From contig CP055308.1 of assembly GCA_013374855.1 (NCBI GenBank), forward strand, positions 337,833-401,832: 64,000 nt of DNA. Reading direction: 5' to 3'. The notes under the pieces were generated by a model. The model was not told where the DNA came from, did no database searches, and worked only from the letters and a program-made list of their open reading frames with translations. How positions within the stretch are numbered: position 1 is the stretch's first letter; each line of letters opens with the position of its first letter. Below, in pieces: positions 18,287 to 28,459 of this stretch. Source of the stretch: Candidatus Woesebacteria bacterium (GTDB taxonomy: Bacteria; Patescibacteriota; Microgenomatia; UBA8517). The translations under genes were made by a program, and so were the position numbers.

Positions 18287-20437
18287 ATGGATGAGAGTTT
18301 GCAAAATCTGTTTAAAGCTCCTGATCCAAAGGAGGCGTTGGAGAAATACACTCTGAATCTGACAGAGGAGGCTCGTCGTGGCAAACTTGACCCTGTTATT
18401 GGCCGCGATGCTGAAATAAGAAGAGTGATGCAAATTTTATCGCGGAGGATAAAAAACAATCCTGTTTTGATAGGTGACCCGGGTGTTGGAAAAACAGCAA
18501 TTGTGGAAGGGTTGGCTTTAAGAATTGCAGCAGGCGAGGTCCCGGAGACTTTAAGGGGAAGAGAGCTTTTAGTCTTGGATTTTGCACTTCTTGTTGCGGG
18601 CACAAAGTTCAGAGGCGAATTTGAGGAAAGATTAAAGGCGGTTATCAAAGGAATTGAGGAAGGAGAAGGAAAGTATATTGTTTTTATTGATGAGCTTCAT
18701 ATATTGGTTGGTGGTGGACAGGCAGAAGGTGCCGTTGATGCGGCAAATATTTTAAAGCCTTCTCTTGCGCGGGGGACATTGCGCTTGATTGGCGCAACAA
18801 CAATTGAGGAATATAGAAAATATGTTGAAAAAGATGCGGCACTTGCCCGGCGTTTTCAGACAGTCTTGGTTGAAGAGCCTACAGTTGAAGACACAATTGC
18901 AATTTTACGGGGAATTAAAGATAAATACGAACTTCACCATGGAATAAGAATAACAGATGATGCGTTAATTGCTGCCGCTACCCTTTCGGATCGTTATATC
19001 ACTAACAGATTTCTACCGGATAAGGCGATAGATTTGATGGATGAGGCAGCGGCCTCAATAAGAATAGAAACAGAAAGTATGCCCTCCGAGCTTGATCTAA
19101 TGAAGCGTGAGTTGACGCGACTTGAGATAGAAAAAACTGCGCTAAAAAGGGAAAAGACAAGAGAAACACAAGAAAAACTCTCCTTTATTGAGGAGAAAAT
19201 TAGGAAGTTAAAAGAAGATATCAGCTTGTTTGAGGAAAGGTGGAGGAAGCAGAAGGAAATAATTGAAAAAATAAGGGCAACTCGTCTTGAAGTTGATAGG
19301 TTGAGGCTTGAGCTTGAGAAGGCTGAAAGAGAGGTTAATTTGGAGAAGGCGGCAGAGATTAAGTATGGGAAACTCCCTGTTCTTGAGGAAAAGCTAAAAG
19401 AGTTGCAGAAGGATTGGGATTTGATTCCTGAAAGCGAGCGAGTATTGCGCGAGGAAGTTGGTGAGGAGGATATAGCAAGGGTTGTCTCCAAAGCCACAGG
19501 TATTCCGGTGGGCAGGCTTCTTTCGGGAGAAAACGAGAAGCTAAAGAATCTTGAAGAAAGGTTGAAAGAAAGGGTTATCGGACAAGACGAAGCACTACGG
19601 CTTGTTGCAAATGCAATAAGAAGGTCACGCCTTAATTTAAGAGAGGGTAAGCGCCCTATTGGATCGTTTCTTTTTCTTGGGCCAACGGGTGTTGGTAAAA
19701 CTGAGACAGCTCGTGCTTTGGCTGATGCTGTATTTGACAGTGAGGATGCGATTGTAAGAATTGACATGAGTGAGTACCAAGAAGCGCATACTGTATCTCG
19801 CCTTGTGGGAGCGCCACCCGGGTATGTTGGGTTTGAAGAAGGCGGGCAGTTGACAGAAGCTGTAAAAAGACACCCCTATTCTTTAGTTCTCTTTGATGAA
19901 GTGGAAAAGGCTCATCCGCAAATTTTTAATATATTTTTGCAAATATTGGATGATGGGAGGTTAACCGATGGTAAGGGGGTAACTGTTGATTTTAAAAATA
20001 CGATTATCATAATGACTTCGAACTTGGGTAGCGAGCTTATTAGCCAGTCTTCTGTTAAAAGATGGGATGAAACGAAAAAACAAGTAGAAGCTCTTCTTTT
20101 GAAGTTTTTCCGGCCGGAGTTTTTGAATAGGATTGATCAGGTTGTTGTTTTTAAGCCTTTGGATAGAAGTATTATGGAGAAGATTGCTCAAAAAGAGCTT
20201 GGCAAGATAGGAGAAATACTCTCTAAGCGAGGGATTGATCTTGTTTATGGAAACGAGGCAATTTCCTATTTTGCCAATAAGGGTTATGACCCAGTTTTTG
20301 GGGCGCGCCCATTGAAACGGCTTTTGGAGGAAGAGATTTTGAATGAGGTGGCGATGTTTGAGATAGAAGGTAAACTCAAGAAAGGGAGTCAGTTAAAGCT
20401 TGTGGTAAAAGATGACAAGATATCTATCGTATTATGA
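18287..20437 (+). CDS. clpB: ClpB disaggregase lacking the N-terminal Clp-repeat domain
   Basis: KLDPVIGRD, two Walker A motifs ([17 protein letters not shown]), long coiled-coil M-domain, GARPLKR; only 716 aa. Confidence 0.93.
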   Translation: MDESLQNLFKAPDPKEALEKYTLNLTEEARRGKLDPVIGRDAEIRRVMQILSRRIKNNPVLIGDPGVGKTAIVEGLALRIAAGEVPETLRGRELLVLDFALLVAGTKFRGEFEERLKAVIKGIEEGEGKYIVFIDELHILVGGGQAEGAVDAANILKPSLARGTLRLIGATTIEEYRKYVEKDAALARRFQTVLVEEPTVEDTIAILRGIKDKYELHHGIRITDDALIAAATLSDRYITNRFLPDKAIDLMDEAAASIRIETESMPSELDLMKRELTRLEIEKTALKREKTRETQEKLSFIEEKIRKLKEDISLFEERWRKQKEIIEKIRATRLEVDRLRLELEKAEREVNLEKAAEIKYGKLPVLEEKLKELQKDWDLIPESERVLREEVGEEDIARVVSKATGIPVGRLLSGENEKLKNLEERLKERVIGQDEALRLVANAIRRSRLNLREGKRPIGSFLFLGPTGVGKTETARALADAVFDSEDAIVRIDMSEYQEAHTVSRLVGAPPGYVGFEEGGQLTEAVKRHPYSLVLFDEVEKAHPQIFNIFLQILDDGRLTDGKGVTVDFKNTIIIMTSNLGSELISQSSVKRWDETKKQVEALLLKFFRPEFLNRIDQVVVFKPLDRSIMEKIAQKELGKIGEILSKRGIDLVYGNEAISYFANKGYDPVFGARPLKRLLEEEILNEVAMFEIEGKLKKGSQLKLVVKDDKISIVL

Positions 20438-21297
20438 ATGAAAAATCTGATTATTATGATATCTTAGGAGTTGGCAGAAATGCCTCGGCAGAGGAGATAA
20501 AAAAAGCTTATCGGAGGCTTGCTTTGGAATGGCATCCAGACAGACATAAAGATGATAAAGAGGTTGCTGAAAAGAAATTCAAGGAAATAAACGAGGCTTA
20601 TCAAGTCTTATCAGATCCTGAAAAGAGGGCAGCTTACGATCAGTTTGGTCATTCTGCTTTCTCACCGGGTGGGGCTGGGTTTTCTGGTTCCCCTTTTTCT
20701 CAATCCGGCCGCTGGGGTCCCTTTACTTATACTTATACTACCTCTGGCGGCTCTCCCTTTGAAGGTTTTGATTTTGGTGATCCATTTGATATTTTTGAAC
20801 AGTTTTTTGGGGGATCGCCTTTTGCAAGAACAAGAAGAGTTCCTCGCTATTCTATTACCCTTGATTTTATGGAAGCAGTTGAGGGTTGCGAGAAGGAAAT
20901 TGTAGTTGAAGGGAAAAAAAGGAGGGTAAAAATTCCAGCTGGTATTGATGAAGGATCACGCATTAATTTTGGCGACTTTATGCTTTCTGTGAATATCCGT
21001 CCACACCCAATTTTCGAGCGTGACGGAGCGGATGTTTATGTAAGAGTGAATATTCCCTACTCCTTGGCTGTTTTAGGTGGCGAAGTTGAGGTTCCAACCT
21101 TGGATGGGAGTGTTAAAGTGAGGGTAAGGGAAGGTACTAAGGCAGGCACACTGATGCGTCTTCGTGGCAGGGGCGTTAAGAGGTTGCGCGGTGCTGGTAG
21201 GGGCGATTTTTATGTAAAGTTTGATATTCTGGTGCCAGATAAGATAAAAGGTAATCAAAAGGCAGCGGTTCAGGCACTTAGAAAAGTAGGGCTTTAA
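20434..21297 (+). CDS. dnaJ: DnaJ-family chaperone, class B/CbpA-like (no zinc finger)
   Basis: J-domain DYYDILGV...WHPD, G/F-rich region, C-terminal domain; no CxxCxGxG repeats. Confidence 0.88.
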   Translation: MNEKSDYYDILGVGRNASAEEIKKAYRRLALEWHPDRHKDDKEVAEKKFKEINEAYQVLSDPEKRAAYDQFGHSAFSPGGAGFSGSPFSQSGRWGPFTYTYTTSGGSPFEGFDFGDPFDIFEQFFGGSPFARTRRVPRYSITLDFMEAVEGCEKEIVVEGKKRRVKIPAGIDEGSRINFGDFMLSVNIRPHPIFERDGADVYVRVNIPYSLAVLGGEVEVPTLDGSVKVRVREGTKAGTLMRLRGRGVKRLRGAGRGDFYVKFDILVPDKIKGNQKAAVQALRKVGL

Positions 21298-22571
21298 ATT
21301 GCAAGAGCAATAGAGATTACCAAGAGCAGAATACTTATTCCGGTTCCTATTATGGTTGGGGTTGAACTACCAGCTTCAGGTAGTGATTCTTCCTTTACAA
21401 TTTGTTGTGGTGTAGAAGTAGGAGTTAATGTTTGTGTGATTGCTGTCCTTTCTGTTGGTTGAGGAGTTGGTGCATTAGTGGGTTGATTTGTATAGGTTGG
21501 TCCTAAGGTAGGTGTACTTGTAGGAGTAACTGTGGGAGATGCCGTTGGACTAGGACTTGGACTAGGAGTTGGGGTGAAGAGTAACTCACAAGTTAGTCCG
21601 GTCTGACAAAATCCATCTGGGCCTACATCAAGGCAAGCTCGTCTTGGCAGGCCTTCGCATGGATCTTTTGGAGGTCGTGGGCGTTTTGGAGGTTTTGTAG
21701 GTTGAGGCATTGGTGGAATTGTTGGTTCCGGTACCTCTGTGGGTGTAACCGTAGCGGTGGGTGTAGGCGTTGGGGGAAGTGTGGAAATGGGAGTCTCTGT
21801 GGGTGGCACTGGTGGTTCACAGTTTAGAACTCCAATATGTAGTCTTGTTTGATAAGAACCGCAGGCTTTTCCGCTTGTTGACTGGCTTGTGACAGTGATG
21901 GATTTTGATTCGTTGTGTCCCAATTCAAATGTCTCTCCCTTTGGCGGGTTGTTTGGATCGGGCTCGTCACATACTGGGTAGCCTTCAATAAATTCGCCAC
22001 AAGGGCTGTCGGGGCAGTAGTTTGATTCTGTAATTGTTCTTATTTCTGCCTTTTCATTCTCAAATCCCGGTTTGGCCTCGATAGTGATTGTCCATGTTGA
22101 GGAGTAGGAGGTTATGTTGTTTGTTTGTATTCCGTTGGGAGTACATTGCAATATTTGAGGACATTGAGTCTTTTCCTCCTCGCTGATGTAGACTTTGAAT
22201 TTTGCACAGTCTAGGACTTTGATAACATCCTCTGGTGGAATGAACGCTTTTTCTCTTATTTCTTGTCGTCTTTGGCTTAAGAATACTCCTGCTCCGATTC
22301 CCCCTGCCACTATCAGTAAGATTAAAATTGTGGCGATTATTTTCTTTCTGTACCTTGCCTTACTAGGTGGTTTTATGATGTTAGGCGCGAATGAGGAGGC
22401 AGAGGAGCCTGCGTTGGCCTTAGAAAAACCACTGCTACTTTTGCTACCTGTGTTGTGGGCTGGTATTACTTGTTGTTTTTCTTCCGGAGGCGGAGGAGGT
22501 GGTGGTATATCTGCCGTATCGGCAAAGAATGGGGTGTTATTATTGCTGTTCTCTTGGAGACTTGTTGCCAT
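21294..22571 (-). CDS. Surface protein with TM-QEIREKA motif, Cys-containing domain, long Pro/Thr linker and LPEAG sorting signal
   Basis: 425 aa; RKKIIATIL...[12 protein letters not shown]; ends [11 protein letters not shown] plus TM. Confidence 0.75.
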   Translation of the reverse strand: MATSLQENSNNNTPFFADTADIPPPPPPPEEKQQVIPAHNTGSKSSSGFSKANAGSSASSFAPNIIKPPSKARYRKKIIATILILLIVAGGIGAGVFLSQRRQEIREKAFIPPEDVIKVLDCAKFKVYISEEEKTQCPQILQCTPNGIQTNNITSYSSTWTITIEAKPGFENEKAEIRTITESNYCPDSPCGEFIEGYPVCDEPDPNNPPKGETFELGHNESKSITVTSQSTSGKACGSYQTRLHIGVLNCEPPVPPTETPISTLPPTPTPTATVTPTEVPEPTIPPMPQPTKPPKRPRPPKDPCEGLPRRACLDVGPDGFCQTGLTCELLFTPTPSPSPSPTASPTVTPTSTPTLGPTYTNQPTNAPTPQPTERTAITQTLTPTSTPQQIVKEESLPEAGSSTPTIIGTGISILLLVISIALAI

Positions 22572-22664
22572 ATCTTAATAATGAAGCATATCTTCTTTAG
22601 CGTCAAGTTTATGGTCTTGACAGTAACTTGGTAAGCTAGGAGAATTGAAAGTAGTAGGTCCGGA

Positions 22665-25600
22665 ATGAAAAAAATAGTTTTATTTTTGTTCTCTTTTGTT
22701 TTTCTTTTTTCTGCTAGTAGTGTTTTGGCAAGGAGTGTTTCTGTGTTTTCTCTGGAGCCAAGAATAGGTTCCTCTGCTGTTAGACAACCTGTTTCTTTCA
22801 AGGCTCGATACTTTTTTGATGGTGGAGTAAACAATATTTCCGAGCTTGGCATATGGTTTGATGTTACACAACCACTTGTGGGAAGGGTTAATTCTTCTGC
22901 CCATGGTCTTGTAAGAAATCAATCTGGTTCTTGGAGGTATTATGGTACAAGGTATAACGGTGGTGGTGACACCTGTGGGGGGAAATACCTCCAGCCTCGC
23001 CAGTGTTATCGTAATTATGTATGGGACATTGGTGGTTTTGATATTGGTTCCGGCAGTTGGATATATTTTAATCACGACGAGGAAATGCGTGATACGAAGG
23101 ACAAAACTCTAAATACGATAGGTGCCTATAGAGTTAAGTCAGTCAAGGTTATCGATGGTAATACAATGGAGGTCGAGTGGGAGTTTTATTTTGATTCCTT
23201 CTTTAAGGAAAGAGAGCTTGACGCCTATCTTGCTATTAGAACCGGTGACAACATCTCTTTGTCAACAGTCAATCCTCCCTTTTGGCATGCTGCTGGTAGA
23301 TGGAGGGTGAATAAAGGCGGAGGACAAATTTTGTTTGGTGATGACTTCGAATCAGGGTCCTTTTCTGGATGGAGAACTACCAAAAATCCTGGAGGGCAAG
23401 GAGAAGGCAGGGTCACCGCCTTCACGGATATGCATTATCTGGGTAGGCGTTCAGCTTTGTTGGATAATATTGCTTTTGAGAAAGATCTTGGTAACAATGT
23501 TCAAGGCAAACTATCACTTTGGTTTTATGACGATGGAGCATCTAACAATCCGTTTTACCTTGCGATTTCTACTCTTCCTGTTGAAAGGTGGAACGATAGG
23601 GGTGTTCATACGATAGCGGTTGGTTTTAATCCTACCTACTCCCCGCAAAATTATATTTATCGTGCAAGGATAGACAATTTGAATGGGGAGAATCTAGGTG
23701 CAGATTTGGAGTACCAGATGTTTGATACAAAAATAAAAAGAACTGTAGGTTGGCATAAGGTTGTTTTCTGGATTACCGATGTTGGTGCATGGGCGGAGAT
23801 AGATGATTTTGAGAGGGAAATTTTTCCTCATAACTTAATAACTCTTAAGGCGGAGGCAGACAGGACGAAAAACAAGAGAAGATCTCCTTGGGATTGGGAG
23901 ATGACAAGCTTTAGGTATATTAGGCTTCAAGCAGATAGGGGTAAACTGGTTGTAGATAATGTGGTTTTGGAGACTTTGCCACCGATGCCCGATATAAATA
24001 CCTCAGAAGGACTCCAAGACTATATGCTCCACGGGCTTAATAATTACATTGATGCGTATGAGCAGGTTCCTATGTGGGAGAATTTGGACAAGTGGTATAG
24101 CAATGATAATACTAAAGGTACGAGGTATGGTTGGTGGTTTGTCTCAATAAATAATTTAGCCCACGCCCTGTACTTTCGCTGCCGTTTTCTCGATTTACCC
24201 TTTGATTGCAACCAAGCAAATAGAATAGTGTCTTTTTGGTTTGAACATTACGACCGATGGAATCCCACAGCTGAGACACATGCATTTTTATCCTCTCTTC
24301 ACCTTGCCTCTTTTGCTAATAGTGGTTGGGAACATATGACACCTCATCTTCGAGCAGATCTTTACAAGAAAGCTATGTTTTCTTTTTACAATCCTATGCC
24401 GTCAAGCTATGACATTAATAAATCGCATCATATTGGTGACTCTACGGGGGAAGATTATCCATGGGGGCCAACAGCAGGACTTGCTCTTGCCTCTATCCTT
24501 TTTTCAGATCATCCCCACTCTCAGAGATGGCTGGATTTTAGTCGTATGGCGGCTATGAAAACTTTTTCTTACAACAAGGATGAACCCTGTAGTGTCTGTC
24601 CAGGAGGGAAGGTGGGTACGAAGACAATCTATGCCCCCGGTGAACAATTGAAAGATTGCGATCAAGATCCTGATAGGAGGAGTCGTTATGAATCCCAGGA
24701 TTGCCTTTGCCGAGGAGATAGAGCGATATTGCCGGCCAACCATGACCCGGGATACTATTTTGATAACCACAGTCTTCATCCCAATCCTGATTATGCTCTT
24801 GGTTCCCTTTCTGGTCTTACAGCTACTATTCGGTATTTTAAGTTACTTGGCAAAACTCCTCCCATTGAATACTACCACAATATCAAGGAAATTTGGGAGG
24901 TTCATAGGAAGTTTATTGACTTTAGGAGTAATCTTTATAACGGTAAGGAGATATATGCAATAAGAGAAAAAACTTTTTGTGACGGAGGTGTAAATGGTTC
25001 TGAGGATGTCTATTGGCCAGATAGAGGGCCAGATGTTAACCAAATTGGGAATCCTTTTAGAAATGGTTTTAGTGACTGGGGCAAATACCCTGGACTTGGC
25101 TTGAATTTTATAGAGAGCGTTGAATATGCTTTGGGTGCAGACGCTATTAACTACCAAGGCTTTAACCTTAAGGAAAGGCTTTCCAAAAATGCTTATTATA
25201 AGTATTTTGACACGATGGATTATCCTGTTAGCCTGCCTGCTAATTTTTCCGAAACTGGTCTTAATTGTCATTATGCTGCTCCTTTCTGCAATTACTCGCA
25301 ATACGAAGGAGGGATAGGTTATGACGTATTCAGGTTTAATAGGAATGACACGACCATACACCTTTTCAATACTTTCCGCTTTCATTCCTCCCTTCCCCTC
25401 AAAGTCTGTGAAGATAATATATTCAATGAAAAGGTCTGGACTTCTGGTGGTGGCATAAATTGGAATTGTGACAGCAATGTTAAAAAGGTTGGTAATACTT
25501 CTATTGTTATAAATTCTGATAACCCTGTTGATGCAGAGCTTTATTCTCCTTTGATTGAAGTTACGCCAAACAAGGAGTACTCTGTTTCATATTGGGTTAA

Positions 25601-26063
25601 AACACAAAATCTTCAGCCATCTGATTCAAAGGTATATGGAAGGATTATAGTAGCTCAGTATAAAGATGGAGTAAGGGAAATAGATGATGTATCAACTGAC
25701 AAAAGGATAGATACTGGATTTTCTCTAGGAGAGAATGTTTCAGGAACAACTGACTGGATTAAGAAAAGCTATACTTTCAAGACAACAGGTCAAACAAAAT
25801 ACATAAGGTTAAGAGCACCACTTGGTCTTCAAGGAAAAGCAAAAGGCAAAGTGTATTTTGATGACATAGTTGTAAAAGCCAAAGATACAACATCAGACTT
25901 AAACAACGATGGCAAAGTAGATATTTTTGACTACAACATACTAATCTCAAACTTTGGAAAAACAGGCTCTCCTGGATGGATACCAGCAGATATTAACAAA
26001 GATGGCAAAGTGGATATCTTTGACTATAATATTCTTGTAGGGGAGTTTGGAATTTTAGGGTAG
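22665..26063 (+). CDS. Large secreted multidomain protein: beta-sandwich domains, putative helical catalytic domain, CBM4/9-like domain, dockerin
   Basis: Sec signal MKKIVLFLF...VLA; LFGDDFESG; C-terminal IEVTPNKEYSVSYWVKT...VYFDDI; DLNNDGKVDIFDYNIL duplicated. Confidence 0.75.
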   Translation: MKKIVLFLFSFVFLFSASSVLARSVSVFSLEPRIGSSAVRQPVSFKARYFFDGGVNNISELGIWFDVTQPLVGRVNSSAHGLVRNQSGSWRYYGTRYNGGGDTCGGKYLQPRQCYRNYVWDIGGFDIGSGSWIYFNHDEEMRDTKDKTLNTIGAYRVKSVKVIDGNTMEVEWEFYFDSFFKERELDAYLAIRTGDNISLSTVNPPFWHAAGRWRVNKGGGQILFGDDFESGSFSGWRTTKNPGGQGEGRVTAFTDMHYLGRRSALLDNIAFEKDLGNNVQGKLSLWFYDDGASNNPFYLAISTLPVERWNDRGVHTIAVGFNPTYSPQNYIYRARIDNLNGENLGADLEYQMFDTKIKRTVGWHKVVFWITDVGAWAEIDDFEREIFPHNLITLKAEADRTKNKRRSPWDWEMTSFRYIRLQADRGKLVVDNVVLETLPPMPDINTSEGLQDYMLHGLNNYIDAYEQVPMWENLDKWYSNDNTKGTRYGWWFVSINNLAHALYFRCRFLDLPFDCNQANRIVSFWFEHYDRWNPTAETHAFLSSLHLASFANSGWEHMTPHLRADLYKKAMFSFYNPMPSSYDINKSHHIGDSTGEDYPWGPTAGLALASILFSDHPHSQRWLDFSRMAAMKTFSYNKDEPCSVCPGGKVGTKTIYAPGEQLKDCDQDPDRRSRYESQDCLCRGDRAILPANHDPGYYFDNHSLHPNPDYALGSLSGLTATIRYFKLLGKTPPIEYYHNIKEIWEVHRKFIDFRSNLYNGKEIYAIREKTFCDGGVNGSEDVYWPDRGPDVNQIGNPFRNGFSDWGKYPGLGLNFIESVEYALGADAINYQGFNLKERLSKNAYYKYFDTMDYPVSLPANFSETGLNCHYAAPFCNYSQYEGGIGYDVFRFNRNDTTIHLFNTFRFHSSLPLKVCEDNIFNEKVWTSGGGINWNCDSNVKKVGNTSIVINSDNPVDAELYSPLIEVTPNKEYSVSYWVKTQNLQPSDSKVYGRIIVAQYKDGVREIDDVSTDKRIDTGFSLGENVSGTTDWIKKSYTFKTTGQTKYIRLRAPLGLQGKAKGKVYFDDIVVKAKDTTSDLNNDGKVDIFDYNILISNFGKTGSPGWIPADINKDGKVDIFDYNILVGEFGILG
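25393..26052 (+). repeat. 660-bp direct repeat, copy 1 (CBM-like plus dockerin cassette)
   Basis: No mismatch found by eye against 46898-47557; offset is 21505 at both ends. Confidence 0.95.
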
Positions 26064-26181
26064 GCTCTTTTATTACTTGACAAGAAAGAAGTGATTAATG
26101 AAAATAAGAGTAATAGAACCAAAATTGGAAAAAAGGGATTGTTTTAACTAGAGTGTCATAGTGATATAAAGGTTAAGTAAT

Positions 26182-27237
26182 ATGTCATTTAAAACAAAAA
26201 GAAAGTTAAGTTTTGATATCCTTGGCAAGAATAAGATTGTTTCTCTTCTTTCTGTAATGCTTCTTGTTCTTGGTCTTGGAGCAGGTATTTTTGCTTTAAA
26301 CAGAAGTCTTGAGATGAGAGTTGGTGCAGGAGGGGGTTCTTTAAAACTTCTTTCTTCTTCAAATATCCCCACACAATCAGGCAGCGAATTTACCGTAGAT
26401 GTTTATTTGGATACAGGGGGTATGCAGGTAACAGCTGCTGACATTAAGGTAAGGTACGACAAAAACTTACTGGAAGGAAAAAGTATAACAAACACTGGTT
26501 TTCTGCCTACAAACCTTGTCAATGGAAATGTAGACAACAACAATGGAATAGCCTCTATAGTAATCGGATCAGAACCAACAAATCCCAAATCAGGTAATGC
26601 TGTTATTGCAAAGATGGTATTAAGACTAAAATCCAATCTTCCCCAATCAGGAACAACTATTTCTCTGGATAGATCAAGCGCTGTTGCTGCTATTGGAATG
26701 GAAGGGAATATAATTTCAACTTACACTGACCTTCTGGTAGCCCCCCCAACCCCTACGCAGGTACCTGCACCCACTTCGTCACCTCGTCCTACTAGCCTAC
26801 CTACCTCAACACCTGTTACACCGGGCCCCACTTCTATTCCATTTAATCCGGTCATAGAGGAAACTGTTCTTGATAAGTTCTTCCTGACTCTTAAAGGATC
26901 TGGTCTTGCTAGTCAAAATGGTGAGAGTGTGACGGTCAAGGTGAGGTATTTGGTTCAAGAGATGCCTAACAAGAAGCTCCTGGATCTTATTAGACCAAAA
27001 ACTTCCTGGAAAGAGCACACAGGTACTTACCCTGTTGTCTCTGAGGCTGGAAAGCAGGTTATTCGCATACCGGCAGATAACGTTCCTGGAATAACATTAA
27101 GAAGTGGTTGGGTAAATGTTTACATAAATGGAAAACAAGCAAAAATTATTTGGGGAGGTGGTGGTTGGGAAAACCCTCCAATGCCACAACCAAAGCCTCC
27201 AAAGAGGCCTTGGTGGAAATTGAGATGGTGGAACTAG
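26182..27237 (+). CDS. Cohesin-domain protein with PT linker and Trp/basic C-terminal tail
   Basis: TM, then GSEFTVDVYLDTGGMQVTAADIKVRYDKNLLE (cohesin-like), PT linker, ends PKPPKRPWWKLRWWN; directly after a dockerin gene. Confidence 0.75.
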   Translation: MSFKTKRKLSFDILGKNKIVSLLSVMLLVLGLGAGIFALNRSLEMRVGAGGGSLKLLSSSNIPTQSGSEFTVDVYLDTGGMQVTAADIKVRYDKNLLEGKSITNTGFLPTNLVNGNVDNNNGIASIVIGSEPTNPKSGNAVIAKMVLRLKSNLPQSGTTISLDRSSAVAAIGMEGNIISTYTDLLVAPPTPTQVPAPTSSPRPTSLPTSTPVTPGPTSIPFNPVIEETVLDKFFLTLKGSGLASQNGESVTVKVRYLVQEMPNKKLLDLIRPKTSWKEHTGTYPVVSEAGKQVIRIPADNVPGITLRSGWVNVYINGKQAKIIWGGGGWENPPMPQPKPPKRPWWKLRWWN

Positions 27238-27301
27238 AGTAAAGCTGCAGGTTTAGTCTAGGCATCTTTTTGCTTACCTTTGGTTATTGGTTAACCTCTT
27301 G

Positions 27302-27330
27302 TTGACTGTCTCTTTAACTACAGGTAAAAT
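27302..27330 (+). promoter_or_regulatory. Sigma70 promoter for nusA
   Basis: TTGACT-17 bp-TAAAAT. Confidence 0.65.
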
Positions 27331-27360
27331 TAGGTGGTCTTTTAAGGGTTACCTTATATT

Positions 27361-28425
27361 ATGATATCAAAAGTAGCTCGGACAGAGTTTTCTCAAGCAA
27401 TTAAGGCCTTGTGTATGGAAAAAGGGCTCGATGCCGCAGTGGTTCTGGAGGCGATAAGACACGCTGTTATTGCCGCATATAGGCGCGATGCCAAAGAAAG
27501 AGGCGAAGAGATAGGTGAAGATGTGGAGATTGATGCAAGAATAGATCCTTCAAACGGCGAGACAAAAGTCTTCATAGATGGCAAGGATGTTACCCCGCCG
27601 GGTTTTGGTAGAATTGCCGCTCAGACCGCGAAACAGGTGATTCACCAGAAGATACGAGAGGCAGAAAAAGATATGGTTATGAATGAGTTTAGAAGTAAAG
27701 TTGGAGGCTTGGTGTCTGGGATAATTTTGAGGTTTGAGGGTAAAGATGCAAGAGTAGATTTAGGTAAGACAGAAGGCATTTTGCCAAGTGGAGAGAGAAT
27801 AGCTACTGAAAGGTTAAATCTGGGAGAAAGGTTTACCTTTCTTCTGAAAGAGATACGAGATGGATCAAGAGGCGAGGAGATAATACTTTCTCGAGCCGAC
27901 CCCAAGTTTGTCTATGCTCTGTTTGCTCGCGAAGTACCAGAAATCTCTTCAGGTAGTGTGGAAATAAAATCAATAGTGCGCGAGCCTGGCTTGAGGACAA
28001 AGATGCTTGTCTATTCCAACCAACATGGTGTTGATCCAGTTGGCTCTTGTGTAGGACAAAAGGGAACAAGAGTTCAATCGGTTATGAGTGAGCTTGGTGG
28101 GGAGAGAGTCGATGTTATTCCTTATAGTGATGACGTAGCGGAAGTTATCAAAAACGCTCTTGCTCCTGCTGAAGGCCTGACTGTTAGATTGGATGAGGAT
28201 AGTAAGACAGCGTATATAAAGGCGTCTGAGGACCAACTCCCTCTTGCTATAGGAAGAGATGGTCAGAATGCTAGACTCGTAGCCAAGCTTACGGGTTGGA
28301 ACATAAAGGTTGAGAAGGGGGAGGAATCTGAAGAGGGCGAAAATGCTTCGGGCGATGGTTCCCGCGAAGACAAAGAATCTGAAGAAGAGAAAAGGGTGGA
28401 AAGTGAAGACGAAGGAAAAAAATAG
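27361..28425 (+). CDS. nusA: Transcription factor NusA
   Basis: FGRIAAQTAKQVI, LFAREVPEI, DPVGSCVG, AIGRDGQNARL. Confidence 0.97.
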   Translation: MISKVARTEFSQAIKALCMEKGLDAAVVLEAIRHAVIAAYRRDAKERGEEIGEDVEIDARIDPSNGETKVFIDGKDVTPPGFGRIAAQTAKQVIHQKIREAEKDMVMNEFRSKVGGLVSGIILRFEGKDARVDLGKTEGILPSGERIATERLNLGERFTFLLKEIRDGSRGEEIILSRADPKFVYALFAREVPEISSGSVEIKSIVREPGLRTKMLVYSNQHGVDPVGSCVGQKGTRVQSVMSELGGERVDVIPYSDDVAEVIKNALAPAEGLTVRLDEDSKTAYIKASEDQLPLAIGRDGQNARLVAKLTGWNIKVEKGEESEEGENASGDGSREDKESEEEKRVESEDEGKK

Positions 28426-28459
28426 TTTATGAGACTTTCCTTTTTAGTAGACAATTGCT

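Noticed and set aside
18994-19767. 257-aa antisense ORF in clpB and the many other short overlapping ORFs in the track (e.g. 3305-3694, 7425-7880, 24843-25385)
   Set aside because: Shadow ORFs of well-supported genes, explained by codon bias; no motifs or independent expression signals.
5198-22571. TM-QxIREKA N-termini as type IV prepilin or lipoprotein signals
   Set aside because: No G|FxxxE before the hydrophobic helix and no lipobox Cys; the conserved motif lies after the helix.
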